IMG/VR virus record: IMGVR_UViG_3300042890_006166 | Location: 1-64,000 of that record | From: a virus | Strand: one strand, 5' to 3' | Length of the DNA stretch: 64,000 nt | In this document: one piece after another, positions 54,718-64,000 of the stretch | Layout of the letters: each line of letters opens with the position of its first letter | Position numbering within the stretch: position 1 is the stretch's first letter | The notes under the pieces: generated by a model | Seen by the model: only the letters and a program-made list of their open reading frames with translations | What the model was told of the DNA's origin: nothing | Databases searched by the model: none | Made by a program: the position numbers and the translations under genes

Positions 54718-57360
54718 ATGATTTTACTTTTTAAAAAAAATTCGACTTTCACTGCAAGTCAAGATCCGGATTCACCCGGATCAGTTTTCCCTATTATTTC
54801 CTTCCCTACTAGCGTAGAGGGAACGCCCACCGATCTTAATGATTTTCAGTGGTGGTCATACACAGATAAATGGCAACAATGGTTGAAAAAAAATCCTAGA
54901 AGTTGGACTGCAGAAGCAGAATCATATTTTGACGTTGGTCAATCTTTGTTAGAAGATTTTGAAGAGGTAGAAGATTTCTATCGTCAATTTTTTGATTTTC
55001 AAAAAAATTCAATAATTAATTCGGGCCGAATTTCTGGATTCGATGAATTTTTAAAAGTTTATGAAGCGGAGGAAAATACAGGAAACTCCAAAGAAAGAGC
55101 CACAAAATTCATGTATGCGGTCGAACAACTACAAAAAAACGGAGTACTAAAGGACACATTGCAACTCGATACATTAAAGGAAGAAGAAGATTATGCAATT
55201 GTTTTTGATCCGTTTGACGAGTCTGGAAGTCCAGTACCAGAAGGAAGACAGGCAATAAAATTCAAGAAAATTAAGGACACCCCAAAATTAGTAATAGGTG
55301 AGATGACCTATTCAATTCCACTGGGGACAGAACCAAAAACAGATGCTAAAGCTTATTTGTTGGACGTTGCTGAATTTACTTCTAAAGTATTAACTGCAGG
55401 TATTGGTTTAGCTGCAGTTGTCGTAGCATCAAAAGTAGCAGGTTCTGTAGCCGCATCTATGTTTTTATGGAAAAAAGCTAAAGGAATTTTTAAGGGGACA
55501 GAAAGGGTTAAATCTATTGCTCAGAAAGGAACTTGGGAATCAATCAAAAATTTTTTTGGTGGTGGTCCTTCGTTAGAAGGTAAAACAGTTAAACTACCAA
55601 ATGGGGTATTTGTAAAAGATGGTGTTCCTTATGTTAAGAGGGGCGGAAAAACCATAAAGCTTGCTGGAGCGGTTGGAAAAAATGCCATGAACAGAGCTAA
55701 AATTAAATTGTCTGGTAAGGTAGCTGGGAAGGGAGCAGCCAAAGCAGGATCTAAACTTCTTGGCAGAGGAGTTACTAAATTTTTAGGACCGATTGGACTT
55801 GGACTTGCTGCAGTGGACATTATTCAATCTTCTTACAATTGGTTTTCAAGTAAACAAGCTCCCAGGTATGGAGAGGTAGATGATTTCGCATCCAAAGTAT
55901 TTGAACCTGGAAAAATTCAAATTGGTAAACCAATCACAGTGTGTTGGACGAATGATGCTGGAGGAGGATGGGCTTCTTATATATTTTCAACTGACACCAG
56001 GACAACCATGGACTTGATTAAAATATTAGAAATCGACGGATTATCTTATTTTATGTTGATTGATGTTCATTCCAAAGAATTAAAAAAATTGGTAACTGAG
56101 AATGAGCTCGTTTTACTAGTTTTTAATGAGAATGATAAATTCGAACATGGGGTTTTAGATAATGATGATCTAGAATTTGAAATGGTTGCTTTACAGAATA
56201 TGGATGATTACAAGATGGCAACTTCTTTTGTAGGATATTGTGATTGGGATGAGATGGAAAAAGCTTATCAAGAAGCTCCAGACAAAACTTATTATGTACC
56301 AGAAGGAGCTCCAGAATCTTATGAATTTAATTTCCAAAACCAAGGTGGGAACAAATTGAATGTTTCCGGAAAACTTTTATCCGAATCTGAGTTGGATAAT
56401 TTGGGGGTCGAAAGATTTTTACCTGACTTTGCTGGGCAAGGTAATTCTGATATGAAAGAGAATAATAATTTCTTGGCGGAAACTTCGAAATTTTTAAATG
56501 AAAAAACATCTACACTCTCTTTTGATGAATTTAATTTCATCTTTGAAGCAACAAATTCTCGAGGTGATAGCGAATCTTCAGAAGATACAGAATCAACAGA
56601 AAAAGAGAAAAATAGTTCGAAAAAATCTAATATCCCTGATGTAGAAGATCTGGAAAAACAATGGATTGAGGATTATGAAAGGTCAGAAAAAATCCAAAAT
56701 CAAAAAGAAAAATCCAATGAAAACCAAGAAAATTCAACTTATTCTAGATTGTCACTCCCAATTTATCAGATAAATACAATAGAATTTGTTGATCCCGAAG
56801 TTAAAGACAGAAAGCCGGAAATTAAATATTTTGTAGTTGGTGATGAAAGTTTAGAAGCTTCCCCTGGTGATCCTATCGTAGTTGAAGTTACATCAAACGA
56901 TCCTGTTTATAATCCTCGTTTTGGACTTGCAACTTACGAAAAGCCTAAAGAAGTGGAAGAACCAGAAGAAGAGGAAGAAATAGCTCCGCTTCAGCCTGGT
57001 CCAGAAGACGGAGAAGATGAAAAAGTGAAGGCATCCCCGAAAGATGTAAGCATAGTTGATAGGAAAAGAAGATTAATCATTAAAGATGACCCGTCTGGGG
57101 AGGCAGGAGAAGACGTGAATGTAGCAGAAGAATTTTTAACTCCAGATCAACGAAAAGAATTAGGAATTGAAAATTGGAAAACCGTTACAAAAGTTACATT
57201 GGTTTATGATAGAGATAAAAAGCCAACCAAGGTGATTTTGAAAAACAAAGAGGCAGGAATTCTAGGAGATAGAGTCAGAAGAATAAAAAGGGGACAAGCA
57301 GGTTTTGACGCCGCTGTAAAATTTGCAGAAGAAATTAAAGATAGAATTTCTTACAAATAA
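54718..57360 (+). CDS. 880-aa late protein with two Gly/Ala-rich hydrophobic segments; probable internal or ejected protein
   Basis: VLTAGIGLAAVVVASKVAGSVAASMFLW and LLGRGVTKFLGPIGLGLAAVDII; CATAAATA at 54700. Confidence 0.7.
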   Translation: MILLFKKNSTFTASQDPDSPGSVFPIISFPTSVEGTPTDLNDFQWWSYTDKWQQWLKKNPRSWTAEAESYFDVGQSLLEDFEEVEDFYRQFFDFQKNSIINSGRISGFDEFLKVYEAEENTGNSKERATKFMYAVEQLQKNGVLKDTLQLDTLKEEEDYAIVFDPFDESGSPVPEGRQAIKFKKIKDTPKLVIGEMTYSIPLGTEPKTDAKAYLLDVAEFTSKVLTAGIGLAAVVVASKVAGSVAASMFLWKKAKGIFKGTERVKSIAQKGTWESIKNFFGGGPSLEGKTVKLPNGVFVKDGVPYVKRGGKTIKLAGAVGKNAMNRAKIKLSGKVAGKGAAKAGSKLLGRGVTKFLGPIGLGLAAVDIIQSSYNWFSSKQAPRYGEVDDFASKVFEPGKIQIGKPITVCWTNDAGGGWASYIFSTDTRTTMDLIKILEIDGLSYFMLIDVHSKELKKLVTENELVLLVFNENDKFEHGVLDNDDLEFEMVALQNMDDYKMATSFVGYCDWDEMEKAYQEAPDKTYYVPEGAPESYEFNFQNQGGNKLNVSGKLLSESELDNLGVERFLPDFAGQGNSDMKENNNFLAETSKFLNEKTSTLSFDEFNFIFEATNSRGDSESSEDTESTEKEKNSSKKSNIPDVEDLEKQWIEDYERSEKIQNQKEKSNENQENSTYSRLSLPIYQINTIEFVDPEVKDRKPEIKYFVVGDESLEASPGDPIVVEVTSNDPVYNPRFGLATYEKPKEVEEPEEEEEIAPLQPGPEDGEDEKVKASPKDVSIVDRKRRLIIKDDPSGEAGEDVNVAEEFLTPDQRKELGIENWKTVTKVTLVYDRDKKPTKVILKNKEAGILGDRVRRIKRGQAGFDAAVKFAEEIKDRISYK

Positions 57361-57401
57361 TTAACAAGTGTTAAAAACTCAAAATTTTGTAAAGTTATTT
57401 T

Positions 57402-57409
57402 GATATATA
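57402..57409 (+). promoter_or_regulatory. GATATATA putative late promoter
   Basis: Before the prohead protease gene. Confidence 0.65.
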
Positions 57410-57425
57410 AGAGATAAAAAAAAGA

Positions 57426-59459
57426 ATGATGATGGAAGATTTACCTTTTATGAATGAGAATCTGGTGTTTATCTTGGAGAAGCAAGGTCATCACGTTGAG
57501 GCTTCTAAAGACTCAGATGGCTACACTTTAAAAGGTATTGCAGCACAGTTCGGGAAAGAAAACAATAACAACAGAATTTACGAAGAAAGTGAATATCTCC
57601 CACATTTGGATTACCTGAATGATAAGATCAAACAAAAGAGATTGGTTGGAGAGTTGGATCATCCTGAAAAATTTGATGTCTCTTTGAAGAATATCTCTCA
57701 TATCATCGAGGATCTCCAATACGACAAAAGCGGAAGAGTACTTAAAATCACGGTAAAATTGCTTGACACTCCTGCTGGCCAAATAGCCAAGAAATTGGTT
57801 GATGCAGGCATTCCACTTTCTATTTCTTCTCGTGCAGCTGGAAATGTTGGCCCAGATAAGAAAGTTCAAATTAAAAAAATCTTCACTTATGATCTTGTAG
57901 CAGATCCAGGTTTTCAGGATGCTCAATTAGAAAGAGTATACGAAAGCGCTGGTTTTACATTCTCTGATTTTTCGAATCGGAACAAAAATTCAGTTGTTCA
58001 CGATCTAAAATGTCTCAACGAGTCTTTAGGTATCAAAAATGATTCGGGAGTGATGATATATAAGGTTGACGATAATGAAGAATTTAAAAAAATACTCAAA
58101 TCAGACAAAAATAAAAATAACATCATGGAGTCCAGAAAAGAATATGTAACGAGTGAAGAACTCAACAATTATTCCATTTTCTTAAAGAAAAAAATGGATG
58201 AGCTCGAGTCTCAAATCCGCGAGGCTAAGACCACTCAGAATTTGGTAGAAAGCTCAGATTCTTATACAAAACAACTCGAGGAAAGAGTAGATCGTCTAGA
58301 AAAATACTGCGAGTATTTGGCAGAAAATCTGGAAGCATCTATCAAGTATGGCGAATACGTTGCAGAGAATTTGGACAACTCCATTACTTACAGCAAATAT
58401 CTCGCAGAGAATCTTGACAAGAATATCTCCTATTCTAAATACCTCGCAGAGAACGTTGACAAGTCAATTTTGTATTCCGAGTATGTGGCAGAGAACGTGG
58501 ATAAAGGTATTAACTACTCTAAATATCTCGCAGAAAAATTGGATGACACCATTCAATATTCCGAATATCTTGCAGAGAATGTGGATCACACTATTGCCTA
58601 CTCAGAATATCTGGCAGAAAATGTAGACAGAAATATTTCTTATTCTGAATATCTCGCAGAGAAGTTAGATAGAAACATTTCTTATGCTGAATATCTCGCG
58701 GAGAATTTGGACAAAGGTATTGCCTACTCAGAATATCTTGGTGAAAACCTTGATAAAGGTATTGCCTACTCAGAATATATTGGCGAAAAATTAGAACAAG
58801 GAATTTCTTATTCCGAATATTTGGCAGAAAATGTAAACAGAACAATTTCTTATTCTGAATACATAGCCGAAAAATTAAATGGCACGATTTCGTACACCGA
58901 GTCTTTGTCTGAAAGCGTAGGATATCAACCAGTGGTTGAAAAAGACGCACGGAGACAGGCAGAAGTCGCCTCAAGAACTGAATTAGCGGAGTCTGGGTTT
59001 GCAGGAGATTATACAAATCTTGGCAAACAAATTGATTTCCTAATTGAGTCGGTCCAAACCCAAAAGACCGAAAATGATCAAAGAAAGGCTGAAAGCAAAT
59101 GGCAGCCTACTGCTCAAACACAAAAAGCAGAACAAGTTCTCAACGAGAATGCAGACGCCAAACCAACATCTGGCCACAAGTTCATCGACGAGATGCCAAC
59201 AGAGTATGCTCCGATTTGGGAGTCATTGAGCGAAGGACATAAGCAATCAATTATTGCCCAGTCTATTTTCCACAATCTCAATACACCTTATCAGATCAGA
59301 AATTTCTGGTCAACCCGTCAATTTGGACCTAAGCCTCTGGCTATGCAAAAATTGCAAGAGAACGAAAACATATCAGAGTCTTCAAACAGTCAGGCAACCG
59401 CTGCTTACAGCAACGATTATCTGAGCTGGGTGGCTAAGTCACTAGAAGGCAAATTCTAA
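57426..59459 (+). CDS. g21: Prohead protease (gp21-like) fused to scaffolding/core protein
   Basis: LKGI..Q....N.N.RIY, GELDHP, SH.I, ISSRAAG, TYDLVADPG; followed by 14-aa coiled-coil repeats. Confidence 0.9.
   Translation: MMMEDLPFMNENLVFILEKQGHHVEASKDSDGYTLKGIAAQFGKENNNNRIYEESEYLPHLDYLNDKIKQKRLVGELDHPEKFDVSLKNISHIIEDLQYDKSGRVLKITVKLLDTPAGQIAKKLVDAGIPLSISSRAAGNVGPDKKVQIKKIFTYDLVADPGFQDAQLERVYESAGFTFSDFSNRNKNSVVHDLKCLNESLGIKNDSGVMIYKVDDNEEFKKILKSDKNKNNIMESRKEYVTSEELNNYSIFLKKKMDELESQIREAKTTQNLVESSDSYTKQLEERVDRLEKYCEYLAENLEASIKYGEYVAENLDNSITYSKYLAENLDKNISYSKYLAENVDKSILYSEYVAENVDKGINYSKYLAEKLDDTIQYSEYLAENVDHTIAYSEYLAENVDRNISYSEYLAEKLDRNISYAEYLAENLDKGIAYSEYLGENLDKGIAYSEYIGEKLEQGISYSEYLAENVNRTISYSEYIAEKLNGTISYTESLSESVGYQPVVEKDARRQAEVASRTELAESGFAGDYTNLGKQIDFLIESVQTQKTENDQRKAESKWQPTAQTQKAEQVLNENADAKPTSGHKFIDEMPTEYAPIWESLSEGHKQSIIAQSIFHNLNTPYQIRNFWSTRQFGPKPLAMQKLQENENISESSNSQATAAYSNDYLSWVAKSLEGKF
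58055..58062 (+). promoter_or_regulatory. GATATATA putative internal late promoter for a nested scaffold gene
   Basis: Inside the protease CDS, 62 nt before in-frame ATG 58125 with A-rich leader. Confidence 0.55.
58305..58892 (+). repeat. 14 x 42-nt coding repeats YS(E/K)YLAE(N/K)(L/V)DxxIx
   Basis: Units start at 58305 and step by 42 nt to 58851; partial 15th unit at 58893. Confidence 0.92.
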
Positions 59460-59484
59460 AAAAACAAAAAAAATCTCTAAAAAA

Positions 59485-61212
59485 ATGAAACTAATTAACG
59501 AAGCTGAGATCTTCGATACCTGGTCGCCTATCATCGAACAGAAAGCTGGTATCACTGATCCTTCTAAAAAAGCGTGGTTGTCTAAATACTGCCACTATCA
59601 CTCCCTCAACGAATCTGCCGGTGCATACCAGTCGTTGAACGTTGTCAACGGCATGGGTCCCGTTGCACCTCCTGTCTTTCCTGGAGCAACACAAGCTACT
59701 TCGGTTGGTGGTTACGGTCCTAACCAAGGATTCTACAGCCAATCTTGGCAAGGTTCTGGCGATAAGTTTCCTTCACTTCTTCCTTTGGCTATTCAGGTAG
59801 CTGCGAAGACTGTAGGTTTCGATATCGTTCCAGTTATTCCTATGTCAGGTCCTTCTGGCGTTTTGTCTTACCTCGACTACGTGTATGCCGGTGGTAAACT
59901 CAGTCCTCAATCCGTAGGTACTACCGCAGCCGATGCTTTGGCCGCTGCTCCTGCAATGATCAAATTGCAAATCACCACCCAGACAGACATGTCTTTACTA
60001 GTAGTAGGACCAGGCACACCAGGTACTACGTATTACATTACTAACGCTACATCAGCAGGTGCTTATATCTCTGCTAGGTTTGTTGGTCTTTCTAGGATTG
60101 ACGGCTTCCCGATCTTCGAAATTATCGGAATTACAGAAGGCGAATCTGTTGCTTCCGTTGTTAATGGGGGTGCAACTAAAGTTGGTACTTCAATCAACGG
60201 AGCTGAAGTTGGTACTACCACATCTACTGCTTCTTTGGTTAAAGCTTTGGAAGATCATATCCAAGGTTTCTCTGGAGCTGGTTTCTATGACGACCAGAAC
60301 TGGCAGGGTCCTTTCGTAGATGGTACGAGGACTTACAATCCAATGCTTAGAGGCGTAGGTGAAGAAAACTACTACAACTTGATGGGTCTTTCGACCTTCA
60401 CGAAGTTCGTAGAAGCTGACACCTTCCAGGTAGCTGCTTCCGTCACTACGGAGCAAATCCAGGACCTTAACAAGCAGTTCGGTATCGACGTCATTTCTAT
60501 GATCGAGAACGCACTGGTTAATGAGGTTTCTCAGGCGATTAACAAGCACATTCTGGCCAGAGCTTTTGCTCTCGGTTGGTCTAACTGTTATGACTTCAAC
60601 ACAGTTGAAGGTCAAAACCTGAACCTGAATTTGGTTCTTGGTGGACTTGCTGGTTCTTACACCATTCCTTCCTATGTTGGAAAAACAGACCAGCCTTTGA
60701 CTATGACTGGTACCGCAGGTCCTGCAAATGGTGGATATGAAAACTTGTCAACTCTACAGAGAAGACTTTTCTCCCGTATCCTTGCAGCCGCTAACGTGGT
60801 AGCAAACAGAGGTAGAAGGGGTCCTGCTAACTTCATCGTCACCAATGCAAACTTGGCTTCGGCGATGCAAGATATCAGCCAATTCACCTTTGCTCCTTTC
60901 ACCAATACCTTGACTCAGAACAACGGTACTTTGTACCCAGTTGGATCTTTGGCCGGTATGACCGTGTATGTGGATCAAAACATGAGGTACAACGACACCA
61001 GAATCCTCGTTGGAAGAAAAGGTGGTGATGATGAGCCAGGTCTCAAATTCATGCCTTACATGATGGCAGAATCGATTCAGACAATCTCTGAAGGTACAAT
61101 GTCACCTAAAATCGCAGTTAAGTCTCGTTACTCTCTAGTAGAAGCTGGTTTCCACCCAGAAACCATGTATCTCTGCTTCAATGTTAACCTGCCTACTGGC
61201 GGTCTGGTTTAA
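59485..61212 (+). CDS. g23: Major capsid protein (T4 gp23-like)
   Basis: W.PIIE, DIVPVIPMSGPSG...YLDY.Y, VTTEQIQDL....GID, NEVSQAINK.IL, RRGPANFIV, G.L.G..VYVD, VGRKG, PYM, KSRY.L. Confidence 0.93.
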   Translation: MKLINEAEIFDTWSPIIEQKAGITDPSKKAWLSKYCHYHSLNESAGAYQSLNVVNGMGPVAPPVFPGATQATSVGGYGPNQGFYSQSWQGSGDKFPSLLPLAIQVAAKTVGFDIVPVIPMSGPSGVLSYLDYVYAGGKLSPQSVGTTAADALAAAPAMIKLQITTQTDMSLLVVGPGTPGTTYYITNATSAGAYISARFVGLSRIDGFPIFEIIGITEGESVASVVNGGATKVGTSINGAEVGTTTSTASLVKALEDHIQGFSGAGFYDDQNWQGPFVDGTRTYNPMLRGVGEENYYNLMGLSTFTKFVEADTFQVAASVTTEQIQDLNKQFGIDVISMIENALVNEVSQAINKHILARAFALGWSNCYDFNTVEGQNLNLNLVLGGLAGSYTIPSYVGKTDQPLTMTGTAGPANGGYENLSTLQRRLFSRILAAANVVANRGRRGPANFIVTNANLASAMQDISQFTFAPFTNTLTQNNGTLYPVGSLAGMTVYVDQNMRYNDTRILVGRKGGDDEPGLKFMPYMMAESIQTISEGTMSPKIAVKSRYSLVEAGFHPETMYLCFNVNLPTGGLV

Positions 61213-61233
61213 TCCTAACCAGATAACAACAAG

Positions 61234-61262
61234 AACCCCAGGCTTCGGTCTGGGGTTTTTTG
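61234..61262 (+). terminator. Rho-independent terminator after the capsid gene
   Basis: AACCCCAGGC-TTCG-GTCTGGGGTT plus T-tract; cUUCGg tetraloop as in T4 terminators. Confidence 0.9.
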
Positions 61263-61275
61263 TTTGTGAAGAAAA

Positions 61276-61283
61276 GATATATA
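61276..61283 (+). promoter_or_regulatory. GATATATA putative late promoter
   Basis: Right after the capsid terminator, before ATG 61305. Confidence 0.65.
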
Positions 61284-61304
61284 GATAAAAATAAAACCCA
61301 AGTC

Positions 61305-61886
61305 ATGTCAAAAGTAAAGGATTTTAATTCCTATATAGATTTACAATTTGGCTCAAAATCCAACGATTCTCACCTCAAAGAAGGGTTTATGGATTCTTTA
61401 GCAAATGCAATAGATTCAATAATGCCTTATTCTAAGACCAAAACAATTAATTATATAGTAGATAATATTTTGGAATATGAAAAAGATTTGCTTCAAGCAA
61501 AATATGATTTGAAAAAAACTTTGCGTAATATGGATCTTAAGTTGAAAGGTATTCGTGATAGAACACCAATCAATCAAGATGCAGTCGAATCAATCAAAGA
61601 ACAAATTGAAGCGAAGAAAAATGAATATAAAGCTATGGTTAAATCAAAATCTACAGCAATTGAAAAAGCGAAAGAATTATTAAGAAAAGAGGGAGCGAAA
61701 TCTCCACGTTTAAAAGAAGTTATAAAAGCAAAAATGGCTGAGTTAGAAATTGATTTAGCTGAATTTGAATATGATTTGGCTAAAAAAATTTCTGCAGAAG
61801 CTTCAGAAATTGAAAATCTAAAAGATGCTTTAGATCAGGCAAAGAAAGAAGCACAGGAAATGATAAATAAATTGACTACCCCTTAA
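61305..61886 (+). CDS. Coiled-coil protein, probable internal head protein
   Basis: ATG 61305 (MSKVKDFNSY...HLKEG) follows GATATATA at 61276; the track start at 61260 lies in the terminator. Confidence 0.7.
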   Translation: MSKVKDFNSYIDLQFGSKSNDSHLKEGFMDSLANAIDSIMPYSKTKTINYIVDNILEYEKDLLQAKYDLKKTLRNMDLKLKGIRDRTPINQDAVESIKEQIEAKKNEYKAMVKSKSTAIEKAKELLRKEGAKSPRLKEVIKAKMAELEIDLAEFEYDLAKKISAEASEIENLKDALDQAKKEAQEMINKLTTP

Positions 61887-61900
61887 AATAAACACAAAAT

Positions 61901-62809
61901 ATGGTTTATAATTTTAAACAATGGGACCTTCACAATTCATTGAATGAAGGAAACTCAATGAAAGATATTTTAAATTGGTTTGGAAACTTTTTTGGTGGAA
62001 AAACAAGTAAGATTGATTCATATTTGGAAGACATTATCCAAATAGAAGAAGATTACACAAAAGAATGGGATAAAATTGCTACCGAGATAGATGCTCTTCA
62101 GGTACAAAAGGCCCAAATTACAAACGATCCAGCGGAATCTAGAAAGTTGGATCGTATGATTGATAGGAACGAAAAACTACTTCAGTCTATGTTAGTTAAG
62201 AAAAATTCATCTATTTCTGATATAGAGGAAAAGGTTAGAAAAATTGTGGAAAAAAATTCTAAATTAGTCTCTTATTGGAATTTGAAGAAAAGCAGGGCAG
62301 AAAAAGAAATTGCTGAACGCTTATATGATGTGGCAAAAAAACTTACCAACACAGATCTAGGAGAAGAACTATATGATAAGTACAAAAAGGCTGCTTTGAT
62401 TGCCAAAGAAAAAGATGAGGATTTCAGAAAAAAATATGGCGAGATGAAATTGCCAACCGAAGAATTCGTTAAGTCTTCTTCTGTAAAAATGTCTAAAAAT
62501 TACGGTCCTTCTAAAATTGCCAAATCTACTCTCAATAAAATTTTGGGTTATTCTGGAACTGAATTTGAAAAATACGCACAAGAATTAGGTAAAGAAAACA
62601 CAAAAGATCTAATAAGAGAATTGACACGGGTTAAAAATGAAATGTGTGCTATTAGAGATCTAGATGTGGAAAGATTAGAAGCAGACGCGGCTAAAATTGG
62701 TATGAGCGATGCTCAGCTTAAAAGAGAAATTAGAGACTTGAAAACAAAGCATACCGACAAAATAGGTGACGTCAGAACGAAAATAACAATAGCCAGAAGA
62801 TATGACTAA
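61901..62809 (+). CDS. Coiled-coil protein, probable internal head protein
   Basis: MVYNFKQWDLHNSLNEG N-terminus; helical K/E-rich body. Confidence 0.72.
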   Translation: MVYNFKQWDLHNSLNEGNSMKDILNWFGNFFGGKTSKIDSYLEDIIQIEEDYTKEWDKIATEIDALQVQKAQITNDPAESRKLDRMIDRNEKLLQSMLVKKNSSISDIEEKVRKIVEKNSKLVSYWNLKKSRAEKEIAERLYDVAKKLTNTDLGEELYDKYKKAALIAKEKDEDFRKKYGEMKLPTEEFVKSSSVKMSKNYGPSKIAKSTLNKILGYSGTEFEKYAQELGKENTKDLIRELTRVKNEMCAIRDLDVERLEADAAKIGMSDAQLKREIRDLKTKHTDKIGDVRTKITIARRYD

Positions 62810-63071
62810 AATTATTTTAAATCTTGGGGATTTCCCTTTGAACGAGGATGTTAATTCAGATTTAGTAAATGCTAAGAAGGCGGTGAATGATCAATTGCAA
62901 GCCATTAGGGACGAAATCCAAAATGAAAAGAATCAATCAGAGGTAGCTCAAAAAACTGCCAGTTTAAAAAAACAAGCGACTCTATATGCTGCATTACCTG
63001 CTATGCTGAATAAACTGGCAACATCAATGGAAGCTAAAGAAAAATCTGGAGATAAAACAAACATATACTAA
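62802..63071 (+). CDS. Small coiled-coil protein
   Basis: MTKIILNLGDFPLNED N-terminus. Confidence 0.7.
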   Translation: MTKIILNLGDFPLNEDVNSDLVNAKKAVNDQLQAIRDEIQNEKNQSEVAQKTASLKKQATLYAALPAMLNKLATSMEAKEKSGDKTNIY

Positions 63072-63073
63072 AG

Positions 63074-64000
63074 ATGAGAAATTATTTCACTCACAACCCT
63101 GCTGCAAAATCTATTATTACAGATTTTATGAAGCTTAATGAAAATGCCTCGGTGGACAATCTTCTTAAAAGAGCAACAGAGATTTGCTTAGATACATTCA
63201 AAAAAATTGTTTTTGATCTTGCCTCTCAAGAAAATCGCAACCCTGATGTTTTAAGATCCATGTTGTTGGATATTGCATCCGCCAAAACTGTCAAAAGCTT
63301 AGTTGCCAAAATCAAAGATTATGCAGGGGAGTCTGAATTGGCAGATTCTAGATTTTCTAAGGTTAAAAATATGTATATGAATGCCTTAAATTCTATGGGT
63401 GATGCATTGAAAAGATTGGTTGAAATTGATTCTAAATTAGAGGATTCTATTATTGATTCTTACAAAACTTCAGCTAATCGATTAATTTCCTCTTTGGATT
63501 CTATTGCATTAAGTTTTTCAAAAAAGAAAGCGACTAATGAATCTTCAAGTTTTGATTTTAATTCAAATTCTTTGAACGAGTCTCTCGTAGGGTTTAGCGG
63601 TAGAATCGAAAAACTAAGAAAAAAACTTGTTAATTTGATTTCTGATTCCAAAGGAAAGGATGCAAAAAATGGATATGGGAGAGACTGGCAAAGACTGTTT
63701 TCTTCACTGGAACAAAAATTAGAAGCCATTGAAGACTCCAAAGATTTAACTGGCGAGAAAGACAGAAAAACTTTGTCTGAACTAGAAAAACAAACAGATT
63801 CTCTTTCCGAAGAATATTACAATTACAAGATTAGAACTGCAGAGATGAGTATGAAAAAGATCATTGATGACGATGAACTTGTGACAAAATATTCAGATGT
63901 GAATCAAATTATTACCGATGCTTTGGACATTATAGCAAAAGCAAATGGTCAAGAGTTATTGATAGATAAAACTATCAGGGAAGAAATGGATGAGATGGAG
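63074..64000 (+). CDS. Helical protein, 3'-truncated (missing from the track)
   Basis: ATG 63074, MRNYFTHNPAAKSIITDFMKLNENASVDNLL..., open for 309 codons to the window end. Confidence 0.8.
   Translation, partial: MRNYFTHNPAAKSIITDFMKLNENASVDNLLKRATEICLDTFKKIVFDLASQENRNPDVLRSMLLDIASAKTVKSLVAKIKDYAGESELADSRFSKVKNMYMNALNSMGDALKRLVEIDSKLEDSIIDSYKTSANRLISSLDSIALSFSKKKATNESSSFDFNSNSLNESLVGFSGRIEKLRKKLVNLISDSKGKDAKNGYGRDWQRLFSSLEQKLEAIEDSKDLTGEKDRKTLSELEKQTDSLSEEYYNYKIRTAEMSMKKIIDDDELVTKYSDVNQIITDALDIIAKANGQELLIDKTIREEMDEME

Noticed and set aside
58348-59016. ORFs 58348..58626 (+) and 58591..59016 (-)
   Set aside because: Shadows of the 42-nt scaffold repeat.
61260-61304. Extended N-terminus of the 61305 gene given by the track
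   Set aside because: The TTG lies in the terminator T-tract, upstream of the late promoter motif at 61276.
1-64000. Eukaryotic giant virus origin suggested by collagen-like genes plus glycosyltransferases
   Set aside because: Terminase, portal, sheath, tube, gp21, gp23, gp55 and sigma-70 genes are T4-like bacteriophage hallmarks.
1-64000. Stop-codon reassignment, tRNA genes, introns or inteins
   Set aside because: Core genes are full length in code 11 and TAG is used as a stop (12560, 40959); no cloverleaf-sized intergenic candidate or intein/intron signature seen in terL, ligase or capsid.

Overview
The window is a contiguous 64 kb piece of a large, AT-rich, T4-like (myovirus, probably jumbo) bacteriophage genome read in the standard code; all but one supported gene lie on the + strand. 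Order: two giant (Gly-X-Y)n Gly/Ser fibre genes (the first 5'-truncated and missed by the ORF track), a glycosyltransferase cluster ending in a close homologue of the TibC/AAH protein O-heptosyltransferase, then neck, terminase, tail sheath, two tail tubes, baseplate-hub-like and tape-measure-like genes, an ECF sigma factor, a gp55-like late sigma, gp4/gp2, two tandem portal genes, a heptose-7-phosphate kinase, replication/repair genes, a fused prohead protease-scaffold, the major capsid protein and probable internal head proteins. The best candidate for an undescribed system is phage-encoded protein O-heptosylation: a TibC-like enzyme, an ADP-heptose pathway kinase and virion fibres made of thousands of serines. 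Also notable: a probable -1 frameshift at A_AAA_AAC (40364), a nested scaffold gene with its own late promoter, duplicated portal and tube genes, a recurrent GATATATA late-promoter motif and two apparently inactivated enzymes. Family assignments come from motif recognition by eye; no database search was run.
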